Source: an uncultured delta proteobacterium
GTDB lineage: Bacteria; Desulfobacterota; GWC2-55-46
DNA length: 64,000 bases
Assembly (NCBI GenBank): GCA_963727865.1
Contig: CAVSHY010000019.1
Span: 73,683 to 137,682 of the forward strand
Direction of reading: 5' to 3'
Shown: piece by piece, positions 26,940 to 36,428 of the stretch
How positions within the stretch are numbered: position 1 is the first letter of the stretch
How the letters are laid out: each line of letters starts with the position of its first letter
The notes under the pieces: model-generated
Databases searched by the model: none
Told to the model about the DNA's origin: nothing
What the model saw: the letters and a program-made list of their open reading frames with translations, nothing else
Translations under genes and position numbers: made by a program

Positions 26940-28337
26940 ATGCTCATAGAGGCTATAGATAACGTCTCTCCGGTAGAGGCGTTCCAGGGCTTAAGGAAGA
27001 TGCCGATGCCATTCATGTTTTCAGGGGGCGTTGAGCGCTGGCAAAGGCGGTTTTCTTTCGTAAGCGCGAACCCGTTTATGACGCTCAAGGCGGATGACAG
27101 AGGGGTTATCCTTGAAGGCGAAAAAGAGCGCTTCTTCAGGCACAAAGACCCTTTTATGGCTCTTTCAGAAGTGCTTTCGGAGGAGATGAACCGCGGCCGC
27201 GTTAATGAGGGGCCCTTCCCATTCAATTCCGGAGCCGCCGGATATTTTTCCTATGACCTCAAAGACATTATAGAAACCCGGATAAAAGAAAATCCTTCGC
27301 ATCGGAACGATCCGGCGGTTATACCGTACTGTATCTTAGGATTTTACGATCCGGTCTTTATTTATGACCATAACGAACTGAAGGGTTATCTTATCTCAAA
27401 AAACGGGAATAAAAAAAAAATTAAGGCGTTTAAGGATTCGATCAGCGCGAAAAAGGATAATCTTTCTTTTGAACACGCCCCCTCCCGCGCGTCCGTTCAG
27501 GTATTCAGCTCGACCCATACAAAGGCCCAATATATCGACTCGGTAATAACGGCTCAGGAGTATATAGCCTCAGGCGATATCTATCAGATTAACCTTTCGC
27601 AGAGGCTTCAAATTCCCATGAGAGGCTCGGCGTTTAGCCTTTATTCAAGCCTTATAAGAACGTCTCCCGCGCCTTTCAGTTCCTTTATGGACTTCGGGAG
27701 CTTTCAGATAATCTCGAACTCGCCGGAAAGGCTTCTTAGAGTCAAAGACGGGTTTGTCGAGACCTCCCCTATTAAAGGCACTCGCCCGAGAGGCGATACG
27801 CCCGAGAAGGACAGGAGGTTCATCGAAGAGCTCAAGGGCAGCGCGAAAGAGAGGGCCGAGCACGTCATGATAGTCGACCTCGAAAGAAATGACCTCGGAA
27901 GAATTTCGCTTTCGGGGACAATCGAGGTCGCCGGATTTGAATCAATAGAGACGTTCCCCGGCCTCCATCACATGGTCTCAACCATAAGAGGGAGGCTTAA
28001 ACCCGGAATAGACGCGCCCCTGGCTCTAAGGGCGGTCTTTCCGGGAGGGTCTGTAACCGGCGCGCCCAAGATGAGGGCGATGGAAATCATAGAGGAACTC
28101 GAACCGGTTCCCAGGTCTTTATATACGGGAGGCATAGGCTGGATCGACTATAGCGGCGAGATGGATATCGCGATGGCCATAAGGAGCGCCATCTGTAAGG
28201 ACGGGTCGCTCTATCTTGGCGTCGGCGGAGGGATAGTCGCCGATTCCGTACCTGATGAAGAATACGAAGAGACGATACTCAAAGCCAAAAGCTTCCTTGA
28301 AGTCATGGGGATAGACCTTAATAAACCATCAAAATGA
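26940..28337 (+). CDS. pabB: Aminodeoxychorismate synthase component I (chorismate-binding enzyme family)
   Basis: 465 aa with chorismate-utilising enzyme motifs (SPERLL, PIKGTRPRG, AEHVMIVDLERND, GGSVTGAPK). Followed by an overlapping class IV aminotransferase-fold gene, as in pabBC. Confidence 0.75.
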   Translation: MLIEAIDNVSPVEAFQGLRKMPMPFMFSGGVERWQRRFSFVSANPFMTLKADDRGVILEGEKERFFRHKDPFMALSEVLSEEMNRGRVNEGPFPFNSGAAGYFSYDLKDIIETRIKENPSHRNDPAVIPYCILGFYDPVFIYDHNELKGYLISKNGNKKKIKAFKDSISAKKDNLSFEHAPSRASVQVFSSTHTKAQYIDSVITAQEYIASGDIYQINLSQRLQIPMRGSAFSLYSSLIRTSPAPFSSFMDFGSFQIISNSPERLLRVKDGFVETSPIKGTRPRGDTPEKDRRFIEELKGSAKERAEHVMIVDLERNDLGRISLSGTIEVAGFESIETFPGLHHMVSTIRGRLKPGIDAPLALRAVFPGGSVTGAPKMRAMEIIEELEPVPRSLYTGGIGWIDYSGEMDIAMAIRSAICKDGSLYLGVGGGIVADSVPDEEYEETILKAKSFLEVMGIDLNKPSK

Positions 28338-29230
28338 ATACTAAAAAAATTTACATAAACGGCCGGTTCGTGCCTGAAGGAAAGGCGTGCATTTCGGTTT
28401 TCGACAGGGGCCTTAACTACGGGGACGGGGTCTTCGAGACCATGAAGTCCTTTCAAGGAGATGTTATCTTCCTTAAAGAGCATCTTTTGAGGCTTAAAAA
28501 AGGAATGAGGACGCTCGGTATCCCCCTTAAGTCCGTAAAGTACTTTGAAGAGGATATAAAGAAAGGCGCTCTTAAAAAACTTCTGAGGGCAAACGCCCTT
28601 TCAGAGGGCTACGCCTATTTAAAGATAATCGTTACCAGAGGGATAGACATGGGAGGGCACGCTCCCTTAAAGGCCACGAACCCGACGGTCATAATCATAT
28701 CCAGGCCTCTGGATATGAAAACTATCTCAGGCTGCCAAAAAAAAGGGGTGCAGGTGACTCTGATAAGAGGCCTCGGCCGGGCCTTGCCCGGGATCAAGAC
28801 CTTAAACTTCCTCACGAGCGTCCTCGGAAAAGCGGAGGCGAAGAAACGCGGCGCTTTTGAAGGCATCTTTGTAAGCGAGGATTCAAGGCTTATCGAAGGC
28901 ACCTCAACCAATTTATTCATTGTTAAAGGAAGGGTTCTGAAAACCCCCCCCGCCCCCACCACCCCCACTGTCGAAAAAGATCCCTCACGCGGGGCGCTTC
29001 CCGGCATCATGCGAAAAACCGTAATCGAGATAGCTAAAAAGAAGCGTATCGCCGTTGAAGAGACCTCTATCTATGCCCCGGAGATAGAGAGCTGCGACGA
29101 GGCGTTCCTCACGAATTCCATAGTTGACGTGGTGCCGGTCTTAAGCGTTGATTCAAGGCCGGTCGGGAAAGGGGTTCCGGGCAGGATTACGCGCCTCATA
29201 CAAGAAGCGCTTCCAATAAACCCACGTTAA
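28334..29230 (+). CDS. pabC: Aminodeoxychorismate lyase / class IV aminotransferase-fold protein
   Basis: 298 aa. Overlaps the pabB stop by 4 nt. Class IV pattern (NYGDGVFET, LPGIMRK, DEAFLTNS). Carries an extra Pro/Thr-rich segment. Confidence 0.7.
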   Translation: MNTKKIYINGRFVPEGKACISVFDRGLNYGDGVFETMKSFQGDVIFLKEHLLRLKKGMRTLGIPLKSVKYFEEDIKKGALKKLLRANALSEGYAYLKIIVTRGIDMGGHAPLKATNPTVIIISRPLDMKTISGCQKKGVQVTLIRGLGRALPGIKTLNFLTSVLGKAEAKKRGAFEGIFVSEDSRLIEGTSTNLFIVKGRVLKTPPAPTTPTVEKDPSRGALPGIMRKTVIEIAKKKRIAVEETSIYAPEIESCDEAFLTNSIVDVVPVLSVDSRPVGKGVPGRITRLIQEALPINPR

Positions 29231-29330
29231 GAATAGGAATGTGTGACAAGGGCTGCTAAATATTTATTGCCTTGCCTTTACAGGCGTGTAAGCGATTGAT
29301 TTTTTCCTATCTATGAGATAATATTTTCCT

Positions 29331-30374
29331 GTGAAAAAAAGCGCTCATAATATGAAGGATATCCAAAAAAACTCGCTTCAACTCTCCACGTTCAATGAGA
29401 TTGGAAAAGCGCTTACATCCTCTCTTGACCTCAAGGAAATATTAAATATCGTAATGGAAAAGATAAGCGGGATCCTTCATCCCAAGAACTGGTCGCTCCT
29501 GCTTCTCGACGAAGAAACAAACGAACTCAGGTTCGAGATCGTAGTGGGGGAAGGGTCTAAAAAAATAAAAGATTTGAAGCTTAAGGTCGGTGAAGGCGTC
29601 GCCGGATGGGTGGCAAAGGAAAAAAAACCTCTTCTTGTGCCGGATGTCTCCAAAGACCAGCGTTTCAGCAAAAAGGCGGACGCGATGACGAACTTCACGA
29701 CTAAATCCATTATATGCGTGCCGCTTACGGTCAGGAATAAATGTCTCGGGGTCATCGAACTGATAAACAATGCTGAGGATGAAGACTTCGTCGATGAAGA
29801 TCTCCTCATACTTACAACATTGGCAGACTACACCGCCATCGCCATAGAGAACGCGATATTCTTGAATAAAGTCAAGGAACTTACCATTACAGACGACCTG
29901 ACAAAACTTTATAATTCGAGGTTCCTGCATACACGGCTGGAATACGAGGTCGAGAGGGCGAGGAGATTCGGCTACAACCTGTCCATGATATTCCTTGACC
30001 TTGACTACTTCAAGGATGTTAATGACAGGTATGGACACCTCACCGGGAGCAAACTCTTAAAGGAAGTGGCCCAGGTGATCCTCAAGAATATCAGGAATAT
30101 CGATATGGTCTGCCGGTACGGAGGGGACGAGTTTGTGGTGCTGCTTCCGGAAACCTCAAAGAAAAACGCCGTTCTCGCGGCTAAAAAACTCCACCAGATG
30201 ATAAACGAGGCCCAATTTTTAGCGGAAGAGGGCATTAACCTCCACTTGACAGCGAGTTTCGGCGTTGCCTCTTTTCCAAAGGACGCGAAAAATAAAGAAG
30301 ACCTCATTCATATGGCGGACCATGCCATGTATGAGATAAAAAACACCACGAGGGACGGAGTAGCGGAGGCTTAG
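29331..30374 (+). CDS. GAF-domain diguanylate cyclase (GGDEF)
   Basis: 347 aa. N-terminal GAF domain, C-terminal GGDEF domain with an intact RYGGDEF active-site motif. The start may instead be the ATG at 29352. Confidence 0.85.
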   Translation: MKKSAHNMKDIQKNSLQLSTFNEIGKALTSSLDLKEILNIVMEKISGILHPKNWSLLLLDEETNELRFEIVVGEGSKKIKDLKLKVGEGVAGWVAKEKKPLLVPDVSKDQRFSKKADAMTNFTTKSIICVPLTVRNKCLGVIELINNAEDEDFVDEDLLILTTLADYTAIAIENAIFLNKVKELTITDDLTKLYNSRFLHTRLEYEVERARRFGYNLSMIFLDLDYFKDVNDRYGHLTGSKLLKEVAQVILKNIRNIDMVCRYGGDEFVVLLPETSKKNAVLAAKKLHQMINEAQFLAEEGINLHLTASFGVASFPKDAKNKEDLIHMADHAMYEIKNTTRDGVAEA

Positions 30375-30417
30375 ATTTATTTTAAGATATTACAAAAAAT
30401 AGCGGAGGGTTTAATAA

Positions 30418-30762
30418 ATGAAAAGATTATTTCTGGCTTTACCGGTCTTGATGTTACTCGGATGCGCTACCGTAGCGACGCGCTCAGAAGGAAATAAAAT
30501 AGACAAAGCCCAGGTATTAAACCTTAAGCCGGGCGTAACGACAAGGCAGATGGTCATTGAGACCTTCGGCCCGCCTGCGAACATAACCTTCGACAATAAC
30601 GAGGAGAAGATGGTGTATATATTCAAGGAGAAAAAGACCCCATCCTATTTGAACGGGTTGATAGAAAGCGAGGCTCAGTCCAAAGAATCCACGACAACCC
30701 TTGAAGTGATACTTAGAAGTGATGTCGTTTATTCGTACAGGTATAAGAGTTCAGAGAACTGA
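30418..30762 (+). CDS. Lipoprotein, possibly SmpA/OmlA (BamE-like) domain
   Basis: 114 aa. Lipobox LLGC after a signal peptide. The segment LKPGVTTRQMVIETFGPP resembles the BamE-type domain. Confidence 0.5.
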   Translation: MKRLFLALPVLMLLGCATVATRSEGNKIDKAQVLNLKPGVTTRQMVIETFGPPANITFDNNEEKMVYIFKEKKTPSYLNGLIESEAQSKESTTTLEVILRSDVVYSYRYKSSEN

Positions 30763-30870
30763 AAGGGCAAAAAAATACGGTTAAGGCCTGAAACCATAAC
30801 CGTATAAAAAAGTCAGCGTATCTGGAAGATCAAAAGCGCAACGGCTGGGACTGTGTCGTACTCTAAAGGA

Positions 30871-30972
30871 CCCCCCCGCTCCCCTCCCCCCACGACATCT
30901 TCCGCGGGCCCGCGCCCCCTCTCCCCTGCCCCCTTCACACCGCGCCCCCCGCCCATCTCTGCCCACCTGCCC
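30871..30972. repeat. C-rich low-complexity tract (G-tracts on minus strand)
   Basis: About 100 nt made of C4-C7 runs, between the convergent lipoprotein and HU genes. The 61-aa track ORF inside it is Gly/Arg low-complexity. Confidence 0.6.
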
Positions 30973-30978
30973 TGAAAA

Positions 30979-31266
30979 CTACTGCTTCTTAAGTATCGCG
31001 TCTTTACAGGCTTTTGAAATTCTGAATTTTACGACCTTCTTTGCGGGAATCTCTATCGTCTCTCCCGTGCGGGGGTTTCTCCCCATCCGGGCCTTCCTGT
31101 TTACAAGCACGAGCTTTCCTATACCAGGGAAGGTAAAGGCATTTTCTGCCTCCCTGTAAGCCAGTTCAGCCATCTCAATAAGTATCTCGCGGATAGTTTT
31201 CTTGGGAATCTCCGTCTTTTTGGCTAAATGGTCTTCAATCTGTGATTTAGTCATTGCTTTTGACAT
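30979..31266 (-). CDS. HU/IHF-family DNA-binding protein
   Basis: MSKAMTKSQIEDHLAKK...GIGKLVLVNRKARMGRNPRTGETIEIPAKKVVKFR. Start set to the ATG at 31266, which has GGAGG 5 nt upstream. Confidence 0.8.
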   Translation of the reverse strand: MSKAMTKSQIEDHLAKKTEIPKKTIREILIEMAELAYREAENAFTFPGIGKLVLVNRKARMGRNPRTGETIEIPAKKVVKFRISKACKDAILKKQ

Positions 31267-31402
31267 ACTTACCTCCATGTTTAAGTTGTGCCCCGTGTCC
31301 GCGGCGTAAGTCTTTAAATTAGTCTTCTTTTGTTTCTCCGTCCGCCATGTTTTTAGAATTATGGCCGGATCTCCCGCCTGAGTATTTGTCTTAAGCTCTC
31401 CC

Positions 31403-31924
31403 CTATTTTTCCTTTTCGGCCTCGGCTTTTTTCTTCTTCGGTTCTTTTGTATTCGCTTCAGCGGTCTTCTTTATTGCGCCTGTTTTCTTAGGGGCTGTAG
31501 AGGCTGAAGTCTTCGCCCTCTTTGCAGGGGCCTTCTTTGACACCCTGGCTCCGGCTTCAGGCTTTACAGCCGATTCAACAAGCTCAATAAATGACATGGA
31601 TGCGTTGTCGCCGGGGCGTTCCCCGATCTTTAATATCCTCGTATAGCCGCCGTTTCTTTCCTTGAACCTTGCGGCTATATCAGAGAAGAGTTTTGTGACA
31701 GATTCCTTATTGTGCATAAACGCCATGGCCCTGCGCCTTGCGGCGAGGCTTCCGTTCTTGCCGAGAGTTATCATCTTCTCCGCGTAACGCCTGAGGACCT
31801 TCGCCCTCTGGGTGGTCGTCTTTATCCTGCCCGCGAGGAAAAGGTCGTTGGTCATGTTGGAGAGCATGGATTTCAGGTGGCTTGCCGTACGGTCGAACCT
31901 TTTTTCGTCTCTATTATGTCTCAT
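31403..31924 (-). CDS. rplQ: 50S ribosomal protein L17 with Lys/Ala-rich C-terminal extension
   Basis: MRHNRDEKRFDRTASHLKSMLSNM...GGYTRILK. Follows rpoA. Confidence 0.9.
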   Translation of the reverse strand: MRHNRDEKRFDRTASHLKSMLSNMTNDLFLAGRIKTTTQRAKVLRRYAEKMITLGKNGSLAARRRAMAFMHNKESVTKLFSDIAARFKERNGGYTRILKIGERPGDNASMSFIELVESAVKPEAGARVSKKAPAKRAKTSASTAPKKTGAIKKTAEANTKEPKKKKAEAEKEK

Positions 31925-31935
31925 TGTGCTATCCC

Positions 31936-32955
31936 TTAAGCGGTCTCCTTATGTTCTACATGCATGGCATCGAGATCCTTCCGTGCTGGAAAACCTTCAA
32001 GCTTCATCCCGAAGTCAAGACCCATGCCGTGGAGCAGTTCTTTTATTTCGTTAAGCGACTTTCTTCCGAAGTTCTTGGTCCTCAACATCTCATGTTCGGT
32101 TTTTTGGACCATCTCGCCTATATATTTTATATCCGCGTTTTTAAGGCAGTTTGCGGACCTTACGGATAGTTCGAGTTCATCGACTGTCTTAAAGAGGTTT
32201 TCGTTAAAATGAGGCTTTGCCTCGGTTTTTTCGGCCAGGGATTCTTCCGCTTCCTCCTCGAAAGTAATGAATACGTTGAGCTGGTCCTTTAATATCTTGG
32301 CGGCTATCGCCATCGCGTTCTGAGGATCGGTCGCCCCGGTGGTCCAGAGCTCGAGCACCAGCTTGTCGTAGTCGGTCCTCTGCCCTACCCTCGCGTGCGT
32401 TACATTGAAATTCACCCTGCTAACGGGCTGAAAAATTGAATCTATCGGTATGGTGCCGATAGGCTGTTCCGGAAGCTTATTCCTCTCGGAAGAAACATAG
32501 CCCTTACCGGTATTGGCGGTAAGTTCACATTCAAATTTTGCGTCCTTCATGATCGTCGCAATGTGAGCATCGGGATTGAGTATCTCAACCGTTGAGTCGC
32601 ATATTATATTACCGGCCTTCACAACCCCGGCCCCAGCTCCTTTTATCCTTAAAGTCTTGGGTCCTTCCCCGTGTATCTTCAATCTTACCTGTTTGAGGTT
32701 GAGGATAATATCGGAAACGTCTTCCTTTACCCCCGGGATCGAGGAAAACTCATGTAGTACTCCGTCGAACTTTACGCTCGTTATGGCAGCGCCCTGAAGA
32801 GAAGACAAAAGTATTCTTCTAAGCGCGCTCCCGATTGTGACGCCAAAGCCCCTTTCCAGGGGCTCCGCCACAAATTTGCCATAGGTGCCAGTGAGTGTTT
32901 CCTTTTCAACCTCGAGCTTTTTTGGTTTAATAAGGTCACGCCAGTTTTTTTGCAT
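31936..32955 (-). CDS. rpoA: DNA-directed RNA polymerase alpha subunit
   Basis: 339 aa. RpoA N-terminal domain and C-terminal domain ([13 protein letters not shown]). Confidence 0.95.
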   Translation of the reverse strand: MQKNWRDLIKPKKLEVEKETLTGTYGKFVAEPLERGFGVTIGSALRRILLSSLQGAAITSVKFDGVLHEFSSIPGVKEDVSDIILNLKQVRLKIHGEGPKTLRIKGAGAGVVKAGNIICDSTVEILNPDAHIATIMKDAKFECELTANTGKGYVSSERNKLPEQPIGTIPIDSIFQPVSRVNFNVTHARVGQRTDYDKLVLELWTTGATDPQNAMAIAAKILKDQLNVFITFEEEAEESLAEKTEAKPHFNENLFKTVDELELSVRSANCLKNADIKYIGEMVQKTEHEMLRTKNFGRKSLNEIKELLHGMGLDFGMKLEGFPARKDLDAMHVEHKETA

Positions 32956-33032
32956 GATACCCCCGTCTTTTTAAAATAAATAAATGCCTTAAGCGGCAGG
33001 ATCCCGTCCAATCCGGAAAAGTGGAAATCAGA

Positions 33033-33659
33033 TTACTTTGAATACAGCTCGACTATAAGCTGCTCGTGAATCGGGAGAGTCACATCTTCCCTCGCTGGCA
33101 ACCTGACTACAGTAGCTTTCATGTTATCCTTGTCAAGCGTAAGCCATCCGGGCACCCCGCGCCTCTCTACCGCCTTAAGGTTTTCCTTCAGTTTCTCATT
33201 CTTTTTGTTTTTCTCGGAGACCCCGATGACGTCGTTAGGCCTCAGCCTGTAAGAAGGAATGGATGCCTTTCTGCCGTTCACGCGGAAACACCCGTGCGTT
33301 ACCAGCATGCGGGCCTCTTTCCTGCATCCCGCGAACCCGGCCCTGTGTACGGCGTTGTCGAGCCTTCTTTCGAGAAGGGAGACCAGGTTTTCACCTGTTA
33401 TACCCTTAGCCCTGTCCGCGTCCTTAAAGGTGTTTTTAAACTGTGTTTCCATGAGGCCGTAAACCCGTTTAACCTTCTGCTTCTCCCTGAGCTGCAGGGC
33501 GTATTCGGAAATTTTGCCTCTGGATTGCCCGTGCTGTCCAGGCGCGTAGCTCCTTCTCTCAAAAGCGCACTTGTCCGTATAGCATCTTTCAGCCTTAAAG
33601 AAGAGCTTCATGCCCTCGCGCCTGCAAATTTTACATACTGAATCGATATACCTTGCCAA
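33033..33659 (-). CDS. rpsD: 30S ribosomal protein S4
   Basis: 208 aa. [26 protein letters not shown], the Zn-type N-terminus. Confidence 0.95.
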   Translation of the reverse strand: MARYIDSVCKICRREGMKLFFKAERCYTDKCAFERRSYAPGQHGQSRGKISEYALQLREKQKVKRVYGLMETQFKNTFKDADRAKGITGENLVSLLERRLDNAVHRAGFAGCRKEARMLVTHGCFRVNGRKASIPSYRLRPNDVIGVSEKNKKNEKLKENLKAVERRGVPGWLTLDKDNMKATVVRLPAREDVTLPIHEQLIVELYSK

Positions 33660-33740
33660 CTTCTTCCTCCCTTTTAAAATGGGTCGTTTGTAAACCTTTA
33701 TATATTCAGAGCGCTGAAAGAGCGCCTTGTTATGTAAAAT

Positions 33741-34115
33741 CTAAACCCTGCGTCTCTTCGGGGGCCTGCAGCCGTTATGCGGCAGCGGGGTAACGTCCCT
33801 TATAAGGCTTATGCTGAAACCGGCCGCCTGAAGAGACCTGAGGGCCGCTTCCCTTCCCGCGCCGGGGCCGTTTATATACACATCGACGGTCTTAACGCCG
33901 CTGTCGATCGCCTTCTTAGCGGCGGTCTCAGCCGCGACCTGGGCGGCGAAAGGAGTGCCTTTTCTGGAACCCTTAAACCCCTGTGCTCCGGAGCTTGACC
34001 AGGCGATAACATTGCCCGCCGGGTCAGTAATGCTGATTATCGTATTGTTGAAGGTTGATTTAATATGGGCAACACCCTTGGATACAGCCCTTTTTTCCTT
34101 CTTAACCTTTGCCAT
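33741..34115 (-). CDS. rpsK: 30S ribosomal protein S11
   Basis: 124 aa. [18 protein letters not shown]...[19 protein letters not shown]. Confidence 0.95.
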   Translation of the reverse strand: MAKVKKEKRAVSKGVAHIKSTFNNTIISITDPAGNVIAWSSSGAQGFKGSRKGTPFAAQVAAETAAKKAIDSGVKTVDVYINGPGAGREAALRSLQAAGFSISLIRDVTPLPHNGCRPPKRRRV

Positions 34116-34188
34116 CTCTCCTCCAAAAGTTTATATCGAATGCGTCCTAAAGCCGGTGTTTTTCATCGACTATTCGCAGCCGGATAAT

Positions 34189-34569
34189 CTACGGTTTTTC
34201 AGCCTTTCTTATGGCCACAACGCCTTTTCTGGGACCTTTTCTTGTCCTCGCGTTAGTATGCGTCCTCTGGCCGCGGACAGGCAGATTTTTCCTGTGACGG
34301 ATACCCCTGTAGCAGCCTATGTCCATCAGCATCTTTACATGCATAGACACTTCCTTCCTTAAATCCCCCTCAACTTTACAATCTGTGTCTATGACCTTTC
34401 TTATGGCGGCTATCTGGGCTTCTGTCAGGTCTTGAGTCTTTATGGACGGGTCTACATCCGCCTTCTCTAATATCTTTGAAGCGGTAGTCCGTCCTATCCC
34501 GTATATCCTGGAAAGCGCGAAAGCGATCCTTTTATTTTTATCAAGGTCTACACCAGCGATTCTTGCCAA
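34189..34569 (-). CDS. rpsM: 30S ribosomal protein S13
   Basis: 126 aa. [26 protein letters not shown]. Confidence 0.95.
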   Translation of the reverse strand: MARIAGVDLDKNKRIAFALSRIYGIGRTTASKILEKADVDPSIKTQDLTEAQIAAIRKVIDTDCKVEGDLRKEVSMHVKMLMDIGCYRGIRHRKNLPVRGQRTHTNARTRKGPRKGVVAIRKAEKP

Positions 34570-34597
34570 CTTGATCCTCCTTGCTATAGGTTACTTT

Positions 34598-34711
34598 CTA
34601 ACCCTGTCTCTGTTTGTGCTTGGGGTTCGTGCACACGACCCGTAAAACGCCGCCGCGTTTGACAATTTTGCACTTTGCGCATATCTTTTTAATCGAGCTT
34701 CTTACCTTCAT
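34598..34711 (-). CDS. rpmJ: 50S ribosomal protein L36
   Basis: Own translation: [37 protein letters not shown] (37 aa). Too short for the ORF track. Canonical position between infA and rpsM. Confidence 0.9.
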   Translation of the reverse strand: MKVRSSIKKICAKCKIVKRGGVLRVVCTNPKHKQRQG

Positions 34712-34759
34712 TTTTTTCCCCGAGCTTTTTTATTAAATCCGTCATTTTATGCTTGAACC

Positions 34760-34978
34760 CTACTTTGCCCTGTATGTAATCCTGCCCCTGGTAAGGTCAT
34801 AGGGCGAAAGTTCCACCGTAACCTTATCGCCGGGAAGTATCTTTATAAAATGCATCCTCATCTTGCCAGAGACATGAGCCAAGACCTTGTGTCCGTTTTC
34901 AAGCTCGACCCTGAACATCGCGTTCGGCAGGGTTTCAATCACCGTACCCTCTACCTGTATCGCTTCTTCTTTAGGCAT
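34760..34978 (-). CDS. infA: Translation initiation factor IF-1
   Basis: 72 aa. [35 protein letters not shown]. Confidence 0.95.
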   Translation of the reverse strand: MPKEEAIQVEGTVIETLPNAMFRVELENGHKVLAHVSGKMRMHFIKILPGDKVTVELSPYDLTRGRITYRAK

Positions 34979-35024
34979 TTATTTTAATCCATCTTTAGCG
35001 CGTAAGGCCGGCATATAACCCTCA

Positions 35025-35795
35025 TTAATGGTCAAGAGCGCTTAATACGTAGGGTCCATTCCCCGTTATCGCCACCGTATGTTCAAAGTGGGCGGATAAG
35101 CTTCCGTCAACGGTCACGGCCGTCCAGCCGTCATCAAGCACCCTCACCCCGCTGGAGCCCATGTTTATCATGGGCTCTATGGCAAGTACCATGCCGGCCT
35201 TGAGCCTTATGCCTCTTCCGGGGGTTCCGAAGTTCGGCACTTGCGGCGGCTCATGGAGTTCTCTGCCTATTCCGTGGCCTACGAACTCCCTTACCACCGA
35301 GAAACCAGCGGCCTCAACATAACTCTGCACGGAGAATGAGATGTCCATCAGGCGGTTTCCCTCGCGGGCCGCTTCTATCGCCCTATCGAGCGAAGCCGCC
35401 GTTACATTTATAAGCCGCATCGCCTCGTCTGTGGCCTTGCCTACCGGCACCGTAATCGCGGAATCGCCGTAAAAACCTTCGTAGAGGACCCCGCAATCGA
35501 TGCTCAGTATGTCTCCGTCCTTAAGCGCCCTCATGGATGGCATACCGTGAACCACCTGGTCATTGATCGAGGTGCAGAGACAGTACGGGTAATTCCTGTA
35601 ACCTTTAAAAGCGGGTTTTGCCTTCCTCTTTCTGATCTCTTCTTCGGCTAACTTCTCAATGTCCATTGTGGTGGACCCCGCTCTCACATTCTCCTTCAAA
35701 ATCTGGAGGATCTCGGCAACGATAACGTTGCTCCTCCTCATTATCTCGATCTCTTCAGGTGTTTTAAGTATTATCGCTTCCTTTCCCAATGGCAT
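35025..35795 (-). CDS. map: Methionine aminopeptidase type I
   Basis: 256 aa with MetAP metal ligands (D..D..H..E..E pattern, e.g. VGHGIGRELHE). Confidence 0.9.
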   Translation of the reverse strand: MPLGKEAIILKTPEEIEIMRRSNVIVAEILQILKENVRAGSTTMDIEKLAEEEIRKRKAKPAFKGYRNYPYCLCTSINDQVVHGMPSMRALKDGDILSIDCGVLYEGFYGDSAITVPVGKATDEAMRLINVTAASLDRAIEAAREGNRLMDISFSVQSYVEAAGFSVVREFVGHGIGRELHEPPQVPNFGTPGRGIRLKAGMVLAIEPMINMGSSGVRVLDDGWTAVTVDGSLSAHFEHTVAITGNGPYVLSALDH

Positions 35796-36427
35796 CCAGT
35801 ATGTATTTGGTTATCTGGTCGACGCCGCCGATCCCATCAACCGATCTATATAAGTTTTTTTTTGTGTAATATTCTATGAGAGGAAAGGTCTCCTCCTCGT
35901 AAACCTTAAGCCTCGCCGCGATCGTCTCTTCCTTGTCGTCATCCCTTTGATATATCTCGGAGTTGCATTTGTCGCACGCGCCGCTATTCATCGGGGGGTT
36001 AAAGATAATATGATAGTTCGACCCGCACCTCCTGCATACGCGTCTGCCGCTCAAGCGCCTTACAAGCTCTTTTCTGTCGACATTAATCCCTATAACCGCG
36101 TCAATCTTCTTACCCATCCCTTTCAAAGTACTCTCAAGCGCCTCCCCCTGTTTGATGTTCCTGGGGAAGCCGTCGAGGATAAAGCCGTTAACGCAATCTT
36201 CCATCTGGATACGTTCGACGACCATGCCTACGACGACGTCGTCCGGGACAAGCGCGCCCTCTGTCCATATACTCTCTTGCCTTAAGTCCAAGGGCGGTCT
36301 TGCTCCTCACTTTAGCGCGAAGTATATCACCCGTTGAAATCTGGGGTATCCTGAACTTTTCGGAAAGGCTCTTTCCCTGTGTTCCTTTTCCAGAGCCGGG
36401 AGCCCCGAGAAGTACGATATTCATCAT
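35764..36427 (-). CDS. adk: Adenylate kinase (Zn-lid type), reading frame broken by a 1-nt indel
   Basis: ORF 36188..36427 carries the P-loop [10 protein letters not shown]...EYMDRG. ORF 35764..36291 continues [16 protein letters not shown]...[10 protein letters not shown]...CRRCG...CDKC. Deleting one base near CCC (36257-36259) restores one frame. Confidence 0.85.
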
Positions 36428-36428
36428 C

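Noticed and set aside
26876-27226. 116-aa minus-strand ORF overlapping the pabB start.
   Set aside because: It is antisense to the well-supported pabB N-terminus, has no homology features, and the divergent ispG/pabB promoter region explains the remaining sequence.
30781-30966. 61-aa ORF encoding a Gly/Arg-rich peptide.
   Set aside because: It is simply the translation of the C-run tract (G-runs on the minus strand). It is low-complexity with no start context.
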